From: Clostridia bacterium
Lineage (GTDB): Bacteria > Bacillota > Clostridia > UMGS1883
DNA: 64,000 bases
NCBI GenBank assembly: GCA_017440585.1
Contig: JAFSGW010000098.1
Location: forward strand, 5,640 to 69,639
Direction of reading: 5' to 3'
Position numbers and translations under genes: made by a program. Under the pieces are notes generated by a model. The model was not told the DNA's origin. It saw only the letters and a list, made by a program, of their open reading frames with translations, and did not search any database. Shown piece after piece: positions 7,969 through 16,117 of this stretch (its first letter is position 1; each line of letters opens with the position of its first letter).

Positions 7969-9993
7969 ATGACACTAAGGCAGAAAATATTGTGCATATG
8001 TATAATAGTGCTCACCTTTATAACACTTGTGGGCACAGTAATTGCCGCAGGGCTTTCCACACAGTACGACATTACCGTGGGCGGAGTATGCCCTGAGGAC
8101 ATTTATGCAACAAGAACAATAACCGATACCGTTACCACCCAGGAAAGGAAAGCGGCGGCAGCCCTCAGGGTGGAGGATGTTTACGTTACGGATTTTGACG
8201 CTATCGACAGAGCCATTGACAAAGCAAACGAGGCACTTAGTGACATCCGCAAGGCAAGAGAATTGCCCCGAGACGAGGAAACGGGCGAGGTAATTGAAGC
8301 AATTGACAACACTACCTACCTTTCCGACAGAGCCTTTACTGCAGCATTGGAAATTACCGCTTCCCAGTTTGAGCTTTTGGCTGAAAACGTACCCCTTATT
8401 CTTGAAGACGTAATGGTAAACGGCGTTACAAAGAAGGATGAGGGCGTTGAAAAGTTTGACGAAGCCTTCAAAGCCTTGGGCAACATATCTGACCGTGTTG
8501 CAAACATAGCCTATGAGCTTTCAAAGGGTGCAATAAGCGTTAACAAAACCTTCAGCCAGGAGGAAACGGACAAGCAGAAGGAAGTTGCTGCAAGCCTTGT
8601 TTCCAATGTTACATACATGAAAAACCAGGTTATTGCCCGAAAGGGTGAAATAATCACCCCTGCACAGCACGCCATGCTCAAGGAGCTTGGCTTTGTAAAG
8701 GGTGCCATACAGATTGACATTTTCCACACGGTAAGCGTAATATCGCTACTTCTCCTCACAATGGGGCTTGTAATTCTTTATTACATGACCATAGGCAAAA
8801 AGGACGTTTCCACAACAGAAACCATCGCAACAATAATATGCTCCTCCCTTACAGTAATAGGCAGCTTTATTATTCTTTTTGCCATAAAGAGCGGTGAAGG
8901 GCTCATATACCTGATGCCCCTTTCCATTATCCCTGCACTTATTTCCCTTCTTTTAGGAAGTAACCTTTCCTGCATGGTGAATATTGTAACGGCAACACTG
9001 GCAGGCATACAGACAAACGATTTGTCCGTTACCCTTTCCCTTATCCTTGCAGGTGCGGCAACGGGCTACATTTTCTCCCGTGTGAGACGCCGTGCCCATC
9101 TTTTAAGCGCAACGGCACTTTCCTCCCTTGCCTATGCTCTTTCCTACAGTGCAATTATTATCGACACCTCAAAAAGCATACTTGACGTTTTCCTGGTATT
9201 TGCCTATGCCCTTTCAGGTGGCTTTTTCGGTGGCATTTTAACCATAGGCACACTCCCCTTCTGGGAAGCAATTTTTGACGTAATAACTCCCATGAAGCTT
9301 GGCGAGCTCTCAAACCCCGAGCACAAGCTCTTAAAGAAGCTCCTTCTTCATGCACCGGGCTCCTACCACCATTCCTTAACCGTTGCCAACATGGCAGATG
9401 CAGCGGCAGAGGCAATAGGTGCAAACGCTCTTTTGGCACGTGTTGGTGCATATTATCACGATATAGGCAAAATGGAAAACCCCTTATATTTCAAGGAAAA
9501 CCAGTTTGGCGGTGACAACCCCCACGACCTTCTTCCCCCCGAGGAAAGTGCCGATATTTTGCTTAAGCACGTTTCCGACGGTGTACGCCTTGCAAATGCC
9601 CACCACCTGCCTACCGCTGTAAAAAACATTATTGCACAGCATCACGGCACCACAACCACAGCCTACTTCCTTTATAAAGCAAAACAGGACAACCCCGAGG
9701 TTAACCCTGCCCGCTTTACCTACCCCGGTCCTGTGCCACAGAGCAAGGAAGCAACCATCATAATGCTTGCAGATGCCTGCGAGGCTGCAGTGAGGGCAAT
9801 GCGTGAAAAGGGCGCAGTTGATGCAAAAGAGGTTGTAAATAACATTGTAACGGGAAGGCTTAACGAAGGTCAGCTTGCAAATACCTCCCTTACCTTCTCC
9901 GACCTTGAAAAGGTGAAGGAGTCCTTCGTTACAACCTTGGACCAGTACTTCCACAAGCGTATAATTTATCCCGAAAACGAAAAGAAGGATTGA
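7969..9993 (+). CDS. pgpH: 7TM-HD membrane phosphohydrolase (PgpH/YqfF family, cyclic-di-AMP phosphodiesterase type)
   Basis: 674 aa. It has an N-terminal TM segment plus an extracytoplasmic region, a block of about 7 TM helices, and a C-terminal HD domain (HHSLTVANM...AYYHDIGK). Confidence 0.9.
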   Translation: MTLRQKILCICIIVLTFITLVGTVIAAGLSTQYDITVGGVCPEDIYATRTITDTVTTQERKAAAALRVEDVYVTDFDAIDRAIDKANEALSDIRKARELPRDEETGEVIEAIDNTTYLSDRAFTAALEITASQFELLAENVPLILEDVMVNGVTKKDEGVEKFDEAFKALGNISDRVANIAYELSKGAISVNKTFSQEETDKQKEVAASLVSNVTYMKNQVIARKGEIITPAQHAMLKELGFVKGAIQIDIFHTVSVISLLLLTMGLVILYYMTIGKKDVSTTETIATIICSSLTVIGSFIILFAIKSGEGLIYLMPLSIIPALISLLLGSNLSCMVNIVTATLAGIQTNDLSVTLSLILAGAATGYIFSRVRRRAHLLSATALSSLAYALSYSAIIIDTSKSILDVFLVFAYALSGGFFGGILTIGTLPFWEAIFDVITPMKLGELSNPEHKLLKKLLLHAPGSYHHSLTVANMADAAAEAIGANALLARVGAYYHDIGKMENPLYFKENQFGGDNPHDLLPPEESADILLKHVSDGVRLANAHHLPTAVKNIIAQHHGTTTTAYFLYKAKQDNPEVNPARFTYPGPVPQSKEATIIMLADACEAAVRAMREKGAVDAKEVVNNIVTGRLNEGQLANTSLTFSDLEKVKESFVTTLDQYFHKRIIYPENEKKD

Positions 9994-9997
9994 TTTT

Positions 9998-10492
9998 ATG
10001 GCAATAGTTGATTTTATATTTGAAAATGAGCAGGACAAGCTCCCCTTCACAGAGGAGCTTGAGGCTGTTATAAAAAAAGCAGTTGAAACAACCCTTGATA
10101 CACTGGAATGGGAGGATGTTTCCTGCCAGGTTAGCGTTACAATTACCGACAACGAAAAAATAAGGGAAATAAATTCCCTTTACCGCAAAATTGACCGTGA
10201 AACCGATGTGCTCTCCTTCCCCATTATTGAGTTTTCCCCCGATGGTGAAGCACTCATTACAGAAGGTGACTACGACGGTGATACCCTCCTTTTAGGTGAC
10301 ATTATGCTCTCTCTGGAAAAGGCACAGGCACAAAGCGAGGAGTATGAGCATTCCCTCATCCGTGAGGTGGGCTTTTTATCCCTCCATTCTGCTCTTCACC
10401 TTATGGGCTTTGACCATATCGAGGAGGAGGACGCAAAAGTAATGCGTGCTTTAGAAAAGGAAATTGCCGAAAAAATGGACTTAAAAAGGTGA
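9998..10492 (+). CDS. ybeY: rRNA maturation endoribonuclease YbeY
   Basis: 164 aa with the zinc motif HSALHLMGFDH. Confidence 0.93.
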   Translation: MAIVDFIFENEQDKLPFTEELEAVIKKAVETTLDTLEWEDVSCQVSVTITDNEKIREINSLYRKIDRETDVLSFPIIEFSPDGEALITEGDYDGDTLLLGDIMLSLEKAQAQSEEYEHSLIREVGFLSLHSALHLMGFDHIEEEDAKVMRALEKEIAEKMDLKR

Positions 10493-10495
10493 ATT

Positions 10496-10873
10496 ATGAA
10501 AAACAGAAACTTTTTTCAAAGCTTTATTTATGCCACAAAAGGAATATGTGCGGTTATAAAAAGCGAGCGTAACTTCCGCTTTGACCTTGTAATGACAATA
10601 GCGGTTATAATATGCTCACTTATCTTCCCTCTTTTAAAGTGGGAAAGATGTGTGGTTTATGCACTTTGTGCCCTCTGCCTTTTTGCCGAGTGTACAAATT
10701 CTGCCATTGAGGCATTGGTTGACCTTGCCTCGCCGGATTTTCACCCCTTGGCAGGCAAAGCCAAGGACATTGCCGCAGGTGCTGCCCTTATATGTGCAGT
10801 TTTTTCCGCAATCATAGGCTTATACATATTTGTGCCCTACGGTATGGCATTAATTTCAGGAGGTAAATTATGA
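10496..10873 (+). CDS. dgkA: Diacylglycerol/undecaprenol kinase (DgkA family)
   Basis: 125 aa with 3 TM segments and the DgkA motif AECTNSAIEALVD. Confidence 0.9.
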   Translation: MKNRNFFQSFIYATKGICAVIKSERNFRFDLVMTIAVIICSLIFPLLKWERCVVYALCALCLFAECTNSAIEALVDLASPDFHPLAGKAKDIAAGAALICAVFSAIIGLYIFVPYGMALISGGKL

Positions 10874-11190
10874 ACGAAAAATCATTATCCCCCGACCTTT
10901 TGGAAAAGGGTGCAAACCTTTGTCGTTTTCTTGAAAAGGAAAAGGACGAGCACCTTCTTTCCGAAAAGCTCTTTTTGGCTATCTCTGCCCTGTGTGAGTG
11001 CTGTTATTCCTTAAATAACCCCACGTTATCCAAGGCAGACATTGCCCTTTTAAGGAAAAATGCAACACTTGAGGCAGACAAAACAGCCCTTTACCTCAAC
11101 GCCCTTCAGAGCGGAAGCTACATAAGCCCTGCACAGAAGGAAAGCATGGCAAAAACACTGGACATGTTAAAAAAAGAAACAAACATATAG
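10870..11190 (+). CDS. Hypothetical helical protein occupying the slot held by cdd in Bacillus
   Basis: 106-aa ORF with an ATGA overlap with the dgkA stop. I recognise no motif. Coding is supported by operon position and coupling only. Confidence 0.5.
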   Translation: MNEKSLSPDLLEKGANLCRFLEKEKDEHLLSEKLFLAISALCECCYSLNNPTLSKADIALLRKNATLEADKTALYLNALQSGSYISPAQKESMAKTLDMLKKETNI

Positions 11191-11200
11191 GAGATATGAC

Positions 11201-12100
11201 ATGAATAACTTCAAATCAGGCTTTATAACAATCATAGGCAGACCCAATGTTGGTAAATCCACCCTTTTAAACGCCCTCACAGGTGAAAAAATTGCAATTG
11301 TTTCCAATAAGCCACAGACAACACGTAACAAGGTTTTAACCATTTTAACAGACGACGACAGCCAGATAATTTTTGTGGACACACCCGGTGTACATGCCCC
11401 CAGAACAAAGCTCGGGGAATATATGAACCGTGTTGTGACAGACTCTATCGACGGCGTTGATGCGGTGCTTTTTGTAACAGAGGCAACAAGCAAGCTTCAG
11501 AACAACGAAAAGGAAATTTTAGAGGGTCTTTTTTCTAAAAAAATACCCGTTATACTTATTATAAACAAGGCAGATGCAGTAAAGAACAAGGAGGACATGC
11601 TCTCTGTTATACAGGATGCAACCGCTGTTGGTGAATTTGCCGCTATCGTGCCCATTTCCGCCCTTAAAAAGGACGGTGTTAAGGCTGTTCTGGAGGAAAT
11701 AAAGAAGCTTTTGCCACTTGGTCCCATGTACTACCCCGACGACATGATAACAGACCAGACAGAGCGTGAAATTGTTTCGGAAATTATCCGTGAAAAAATG
11801 CTCCGCCTTCTTGACAAGGAGGTTCCCCACGGCACAGCCGTTGAGATCGAGTACATGAAGGAGGGCGACACCTTAACAAAAATAGGTGCCGTTATCTACT
11901 GCGAAAAGGCAAGCCATAAAGGCATTATTATCGGCAAGGGCGGTGAAATGTTAAAGCGTATCGGCTCCTATTCCCGTACAGACATTGAAAAGCTTTTAGA
12001 CAAAAAGGTGTTTCTGGAATTATGGGTAAAGGTAAAGGAAGACTGGCGAAACTCCAACTTCCTTTTGAAGGAATTTGGCTATCAGGAACCCGAGGAATGA
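11201..12100 (+). CDS. era: GTPase Era
   Basis: 299 aa. It has G1 GRPNVGKST, G3 DTPG and G4 NKAD, plus a C-terminal KH domain (GKGGEMLKRIG). Confidence 0.96.
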   Translation: MNNFKSGFITIIGRPNVGKSTLLNALTGEKIAIVSNKPQTTRNKVLTILTDDDSQIIFVDTPGVHAPRTKLGEYMNRVVTDSIDGVDAVLFVTEATSKLQNNEKEILEGLFSKKIPVILIINKADAVKNKEDMLSVIQDATAVGEFAAIVPISALKKDGVKAVLEEIKKLLPLGPMYYPDDMITDQTEREIVSEIIREKMLRLLDKEVPHGTAVEIEYMKEGDTLTKIGAVIYCEKASHKGIIIGKGGEMLKRIGSYSRTDIEKLLDKKVFLELWVKVKEDWRNSNFLLKEFGYQEPEE

Positions 12101-12101
12101 T

Positions 12102-12137
12102 AAAAAGCACAGCAGTTTAAAACTGCTGTGCTTTTTT
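12102..12137. terminator. Bidirectional rho-independent terminator
   Basis: An A-run, the stem AGCACAGCAG...CTGCTGTGCT and a T-run, lying between convergent era and the RHH gene. Confidence 0.8.
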
Positions 12138-12138
12138 A

Positions 12139-12402
12139 TCATTTGCAGATATCTGCAACAAACTTTATAACCTTTAAGAACACAGACCTTTTCTCTTCTT
12201 CGGAAAGAGCGGACGTTCTCGTTACAATATCAGCAAGCACCAATTGCAATGCCCTGTCCTCTTCAAAAGGAACATACTCCAACAGCATCTTTTCGACAAC
12301 CTCACTTTTGGACGTACCTGTCATGCTTGCAATGCTTTCAATTTTCTTCACCGCATTAGGGAGCAGGTTAACCTCAAATTTTACCGGATGTACCTCCTGC
12401 AT
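12139..12402 (-). CDS. Orphan ribbon-helix-helix (CopG/Arc-like) DNA-binding protein
   Basis: 87-aa form starting MQEVHPVKFEVNLLPNAVKKIESIASMTGTSKSEVVEKMLLEY, which has a beta-strand plus two-helix pattern. A strong RBS GGAGGAAGAAAT precedes the ATG at 12402. The longer GTG-initiated ORF-track form (to 12489) would run through a terminator hairpin. Confidence 0.55.
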   Translation of the reverse strand: MQEVHPVKFEVNLLPNAVKKIESIASMTGTSKSEVVEKMLLEYVPFEEDRALQLVLADIVTRTSALSEEEKRSVFLKVIKFVADICK

Positions 12403-12418
12403 ATTTCTTCCTCCAATC

Positions 12419-12448
12419 AAAAAAGGTGTGGGCACGAAGCCGCACACC
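12419..12448 (-). terminator. Intrinsic terminator/attenuator hairpin inside the leader of the RHH gene
   Basis: The minus strand reads GGTGTGCGGC-TTCGT-GCCCACACC followed by TTTTTT, ending 4 nt before the RBS GGAGG. Confidence 0.5.
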
Positions 12449-12574
12449 ATAAAAAGCGTGCTGACTTCATGCTGCGACACATCTTTCACCTAATATTCTC
12501 AGGTATAGAAATCATAGGCACACTTTTTTACAAAGTCTGCCCTGAGAATATAGGTTTCTATTCTGATGTGTCGC
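12449..12574 (-). promoter_or_regulatory. Structured 5' leader (candidate cis-regulatory RNA or small RNA)
   Basis: A 10-bp closing stem pairs GCGACACATC (12474-12483) with GATGTGTCGC (12565-12574). Nested inside is an 11/12-bp stem pairing AATATTCTCAGG (12492-12503) with CCTGAGAATATA (12541-12552). The predicted TSS coincides with the outer stem. Confidence 0.45.
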
Positions 12575-12580
12575 AAAAAT

Positions 12581-12609
12581 ATTATAACATTAAAATTTCC
12601 TTGTTTCAA
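12581..12609 (-). promoter_or_regulatory. Consensus sigma-A promoter driving the leader and RHH gene
   Basis: On the minus strand: TTGAAA (12604-12609), a 17-nt spacer, then TATAAT (12581-12586). Confidence 0.6.
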
Positions 12610-12629
12610 GAGATAATTGAGCTTCCGCC

Positions 12630-12658
12630 TTGACTTTTTCACGAAAAAGGTATATACT
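12630..12658 (+). promoter_or_regulatory. Promoter of the zur-znu operon with an embedded 16-bp palindrome (candidate operator)
   Basis: TTGACT (12630-12635), a 17-nt spacer, then TATACT (12653-12658). The palindrome CTTTTTCACGAAAAAG (12634-12649) fills the spacer. Confidence 0.5.
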
Positions 12659-12696
12659 GATACTTAATCTCATTTTCAAAAAAGGAGGCAGAAAAA

Positions 12697-13101
12697 ATGC
12701 CTGTTCATCACAATACAAAACAAAAGGCTTTAATACTTGAAGTGCTTGACAAAAACCGTAACCACGTAACCGCCGAGGACGTTATAACCCTTCTCCACTC
12801 ATGCGGTGAAAAGGTAGGCAGGGCAACTGTTTACCGTTACCTTCGTGAGCTTGAAGAAGCAGGCAGGGTGAGGAAATATACCTTAGGTGAAAAGAACACC
12901 GCTTATTATCAGTACATGGGTGAAGAGGACGGCTGTCACGGTCACTACCACTTAATGTGCGACGTTTGCGGAAAATTAGAGCATCTGGACCGCACCGTTG
13001 CCGAAAGCTTTGCAAAGAGTGCCCGTGAAAGCTACGGCTTTATTATCGACTGTTCAAAAACTGTTTTTTACGGCAAGTGCAAGGACTGTGCGGAAAACTG
13101 A
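12697..13101 (+). CDS. zur: Fur-family metalloregulator, probably Zur
   Basis: 134 aa. It has a winged-helix N-terminus and the motifs HGHYHLMCDVCG and CKDC. It lies 11 nt upstream of a zinc-type ABC importer. Confidence 0.82.
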   Translation: MPVHHNTKQKALILEVLDKNRNHVTAEDVITLLHSCGEKVGRATVYRYLRELEEAGRVRKYTLGEKNTAYYQYMGEEDGCHGHYHLMCDVCGKLEHLDRTVAESFAKSARESYGFIIDCSKTVFYGKCKDCAEN

Positions 13102-13112
13102 GGTGAATTGAA

Positions 13113-14009
13113 ATGAAAAAAATATTTGTTTTATTACTTATACTTACCCTTCTGCCTCTTGCAGGCTGTGCGGGCGAAAGCACGGATAGCTCAAAAATAC
13201 AGATAACCGCAACACTTTTCCCTCAGTATGACTTTGCCCGTCACATAGGCGGCGACAAGGTTGAGGTAACACTTCTTCTGCCATCAGGGCAGGAAAGTCA
13301 TCTTTATGACCCCTCCCCCTCGGACATGGCGAAAATTTCCGAAAGTGACCTTTTTATTTACACAGGCGACATGATGGAGGGTTGGGCAGGTGACATTGCC
13401 TCCTCTGTGGGAAGTGATGTTAAAATACTTGATGCGTCAAGAAACATTACCCTTTTTGCCCACGACGATGATCACGGGCATTCACTTGACCCTCATATAT
13501 GGCTTGACTTTGACAATGCAAAGGCAATGTGTGCAAACATTGCCACAGAGCTTATCCTTCTCTCTCCCGAAAACGAGGCATACTTTACAGAAAACCTTAT
13601 AAATTACACAAATGCTCTCACAGCTTTAGACAATGAGTTTAAAAAGGAATTTGAAAACGGTCAGGGGAAAGAGCTCATTTTCGGCGGAAGGTTTGCCGTT
13701 GGCTACCTCACACGCCGATACAACATAAAGTATAAGTCCGCATATGACTCCTGCAGTGCAAATAGTGAGCCCAGCGTGCAGGATATTACCGCACTTTCCG
13801 ACTTTGTGAAGGCAAATGACATTAAGGTTGTTTTCTGCGAGGAGTTTTCCGACCCGAAAATTGCCCGTGAAATTGCATCTGCCAACAATGGGGAGGTATT
13901 GGTTATGCACTCCTGCCACAACACAAGCCGTGAGGAAAGAGAGCAGGATGTGACCTTTATTTCATTAATGGAAAACAACTTATCAAACATCCGAAAGGGG
14001 CTTCAATAA
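13113..14009 (+). CDS. znuA: Metal (zinc-type) ABC transporter substrate-binding lipoprotein
   Basis: 298 aa. It has the lipobox LLPLAGC and the His/Asp-rich loop HDDDHGHSLDPH typical of ZnuA/AdcA-type binding proteins. Confidence 0.87.
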   Translation: MKKIFVLLLILTLLPLAGCAGESTDSSKIQITATLFPQYDFARHIGGDKVEVTLLLPSGQESHLYDPSPSDMAKISESDLFIYTGDMMEGWAGDIASSVGSDVKILDASRNITLFAHDDDHGHSLDPHIWLDFDNAKAMCANIATELILLSPENEAYFTENLINYTNALTALDNEFKKEFENGQGKELIFGGRFAVGYLTRRYNIKYKSAYDSCSANSEPSVQDITALSDFVKANDIKVVFCEEFSDPKIAREIASANNGEVLVMHSCHNTSREEREQDVTFISLMENNLSNIRKGLQ

Positions 14010-14686
14010 TGGAAATACTTACAGCCTCGTCTGTTACAATAAACTACGGCAACGTAACCGCTGTTGACAATGCCACCTTTTCGGTTAACGAGGGTGACTA
14101 CTTCTGTATTGCAGGTGCAAACGGAAGCGGAAAGTCCACCCTTTTAAAGGGCATTGTAGGGCTTGCCCCCATAAAAAGCGGTCATTTGCACATTCACTTT
14201 CCCAAGGAGCAGATTTCATATCTCTCCCAGTCAAACAAAGCAGAAAGGGACTTCCCCGCAACAGTATGGGAAATAATTTTGTCGGGTACACAGAAGCCCG
14301 GGAAAAAGCTCCCCTTTTATTCAAAGGAGGACAAAATCCGTGCGGAGGAATCCATGGTTAAGTTAGGCATGGAAAAATTCCGCAACACACGTATAGGCAA
14401 TCTTTCGGGCGGTCAGCAGCAGAGAGCACTTCTGGCACGTGCCCTTTGCAAAAGCCCCCGTCTTATGCTTCTTGACGAGCCCTTTGCAGGGCTTGACAGT
14501 GCAATAAGTGAGGAATTGTATTCTCTTTACCGTGACCTTAACCGTCAGGGAGTTACAATTGTAATGGCATCACACGACTATCAGGCAATAGGCAAGTATG
14601 CCTCCTCCGTTATGCTTATGAATAACTCCCATGTTGACTTTGTGGGCACTATTGAAGACTGGAGGGCAAGCTTATGGCAGAATTGA
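14009..14686 (+). CDS. znuC: Metal ABC transporter ATP-binding protein
   Basis: 225 aa. It has Walker A GANGSGKST, the signature LSGGQQQR and Walker B LLDEP. Confidence 0.9.
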   Translation: MEILTASSVTINYGNVTAVDNATFSVNEGDYFCIAGANGSGKSTLLKGIVGLAPIKSGHLHIHFPKEQISYLSQSNKAERDFPATVWEIILSGTQKPGKKLPFYSKEDKIRAEESMVKLGMEKFRNTRIGNLSGGQQQRALLARALCKSPRLMLLDEPFAGLDSAISEELYSLYRDLNRQGVTIVMASHDYQAIGKYASSVMLMNNSHVDFVGTIEDWRASLWQN

Positions 14687-15492
14687 TTAACCTTCTCTCC
14701 TACCCCTTCATGACCCGTGCACTGGTAACGGGCACGGCTATTTCCTTCTGTGCGGCACTTTTGGGTGTTATACTTGTTTTAAAGCGTTACTCCATGATAG
14801 GTCACGGCTTGGCAGACGTTGCCTTCTGTGCGGTGAGCCTTGCGGTGGCACTTGGTCTTGCCCCCTCACAGCATATTTTTGTTACCCTGCCCGTTGTTGT
14901 GGCGGCATCCTTTGTTATTATGAGCTTAACCCGTAAGGGTGGCAAGGGTGACGTTGCCATTGGTATGGTTTCAACGGGGGCATTGAGTCTGGGCATTATA
15001 ATCACAAGCCTTTCAAAGGGCTTCAACGTGGACGTTTATAACTACATGTTCGGCTCAATCCTTGCATCCTCCACTTACGATATGTACATGAGCATAGTTC
15101 TTGTTTTAATTGTGCTTATTATGTTTGTTGTGTTCTATAACCGTCTTTTCCTTATAACCTACGACGAAAGCTTTGCAGAGGCAAGCGGTATAAACGTGAA
15201 CTTTTATCAGTTCCTTATATCCTTCTTAACAGCCCTCACCATTGTTATAGGCATGCGGATTATGGGTACGCTTTTAATTTCAAGCTTAATTATTTTCCCT
15301 GCAGTTACAAGCAGAAGGCTTGTGAAAAGCTTCCGAGCATTGGTTATATCCGCCTCCCTTATTTCGGTTGTGTGCTTCCTTATAGGGCTTTTTACGTCCT
15401 ATGCACTGGATTTGCCCACGGGTGCATCAATCGTAGGAGCGAATATTTTAGTATGCAGCGTGGTTACACTTTGCACCTTAAGAAAGGAGTAA
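14674..15492 (+). CDS. znuB: Metal ABC transporter permease
   Basis: 272 aa with about 8 TM segments, a ZnuB/TroCD-like pattern, and an overlap with znuC. Confidence 0.88.
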   Translation: MAELINLLSYPFMTRALVTGTAISFCAALLGVILVLKRYSMIGHGLADVAFCAVSLAVALGLAPSQHIFVTLPVVVAASFVIMSLTRKGGKGDVAIGMVSTGALSLGIIITSLSKGFNVDVYNYMFGSILASSTYDMYMSIVLVLIVLIMFVVFYNRLFLITYDESFAEASGINVNFYQFLISFLTALTIVIGMRIMGTLLISSLIIFPAVTSRRLVKSFRALVISASLISVVCFLIGLFTSYALDLPTGASIVGANILVCSVVTLCTLRKE

Positions 15493-15496
15493 AGCT

Positions 15497-16117
15497 ATGG
15501 ATAGCTTAAATGAAATAAAAAGAAAAGTGCACTCAGGTGAGCTTTACTTTGAAAGCGGCGAGTTTTTAGGCGAACAGAGACAGTGCTTAGAGCTTTTGTA
15601 TGATTTTAACGCTACACGCCCATCGGAATATGCAAAAAGGAAAGAGCTTTTAGGTAAGATGCTTGCAGAGATGGGCGAGGGCTGTTACATAGAGCCTCCC
15701 TTCCGTGCCAACTGGGGCGGTAAGTTTGTTCATTTCGGAAAGCACGTATATGCAAACTTTAACCTTACAATGGTTGACGATACCCACATTTACGTTGGTG
15801 ATGGAACGCTTTTCGGGCCTAATGTAACCGTGGCAACGGCAGGTCACCCCATTGACCCTGCCATCCGTGCAACGGGCTGTCAGTTTGCCGCAAGTGTTAA
15901 AATAGGCAAGGGCTGCTGGATAGGGGCAGGAAGCATTATCCTCCCAGGTGTTACAATAGGCGACGGCACGGTTATCGGGGCAGGCAGTGTAGTAACACGT
16001 GATATTCCCGAAAACGTGGTTGCAGTTGGTAACCCCTGCCATGTACTTCGCCCCATAGGCGAAAGAGACCGTGAGTTTTACTTTAAGGACCTGAAAATAC
16101 CGGAGGAGCTCAGATGA
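15497..16117 (+). CDS. maa: Maltose/galactoside O-acetyltransferase (hexapeptide-repeat family)
   Basis: 206 aa. It has an N-terminal Mac domain pattern (KVHSGELY...) and left-handed beta-helix hexapeptide repeats (IGKGCWIGAGSIILPGVTIGDGTVIGAGSVV). Confidence 0.87.
   Translation: MDSLNEIKRKVHSGELYFESGEFLGEQRQCLELLYDFNATRPSEYAKRKELLGKMLAEMGEGCYIEPPFRANWGGKFVHFGKHVYANFNLTMVDDTHIYVGDGTLFGPNVTVATAGHPIDPAIRATGCQFAASVKIGKGCWIGAGSIILPGVTIGDGTVIGAGSVVTRDIPENVVAVGNPCHVLRPIGERDREFYFKDLKIPEELR

Noticed and set aside
9484-10152. 222-aa minus-strand ORF spanning the pgpH-ybeY junction
   Set aside because: It overlaps two well-supported plus-strand genes and their junction. It has no RBS or motifs.
12139-12489. 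116-aa GTG-initiated form of the RHH ORF, and the overlapping plus-strand ORFs 12128-12493 and 12244-12633
   Set aside because: The N-terminal 29 codons would traverse an intrinsic terminator hairpin and have no RBS, whereas ATG 12402 has a strong GGAGG. The plus-strand ORFs are antisense or intergenic with no support.
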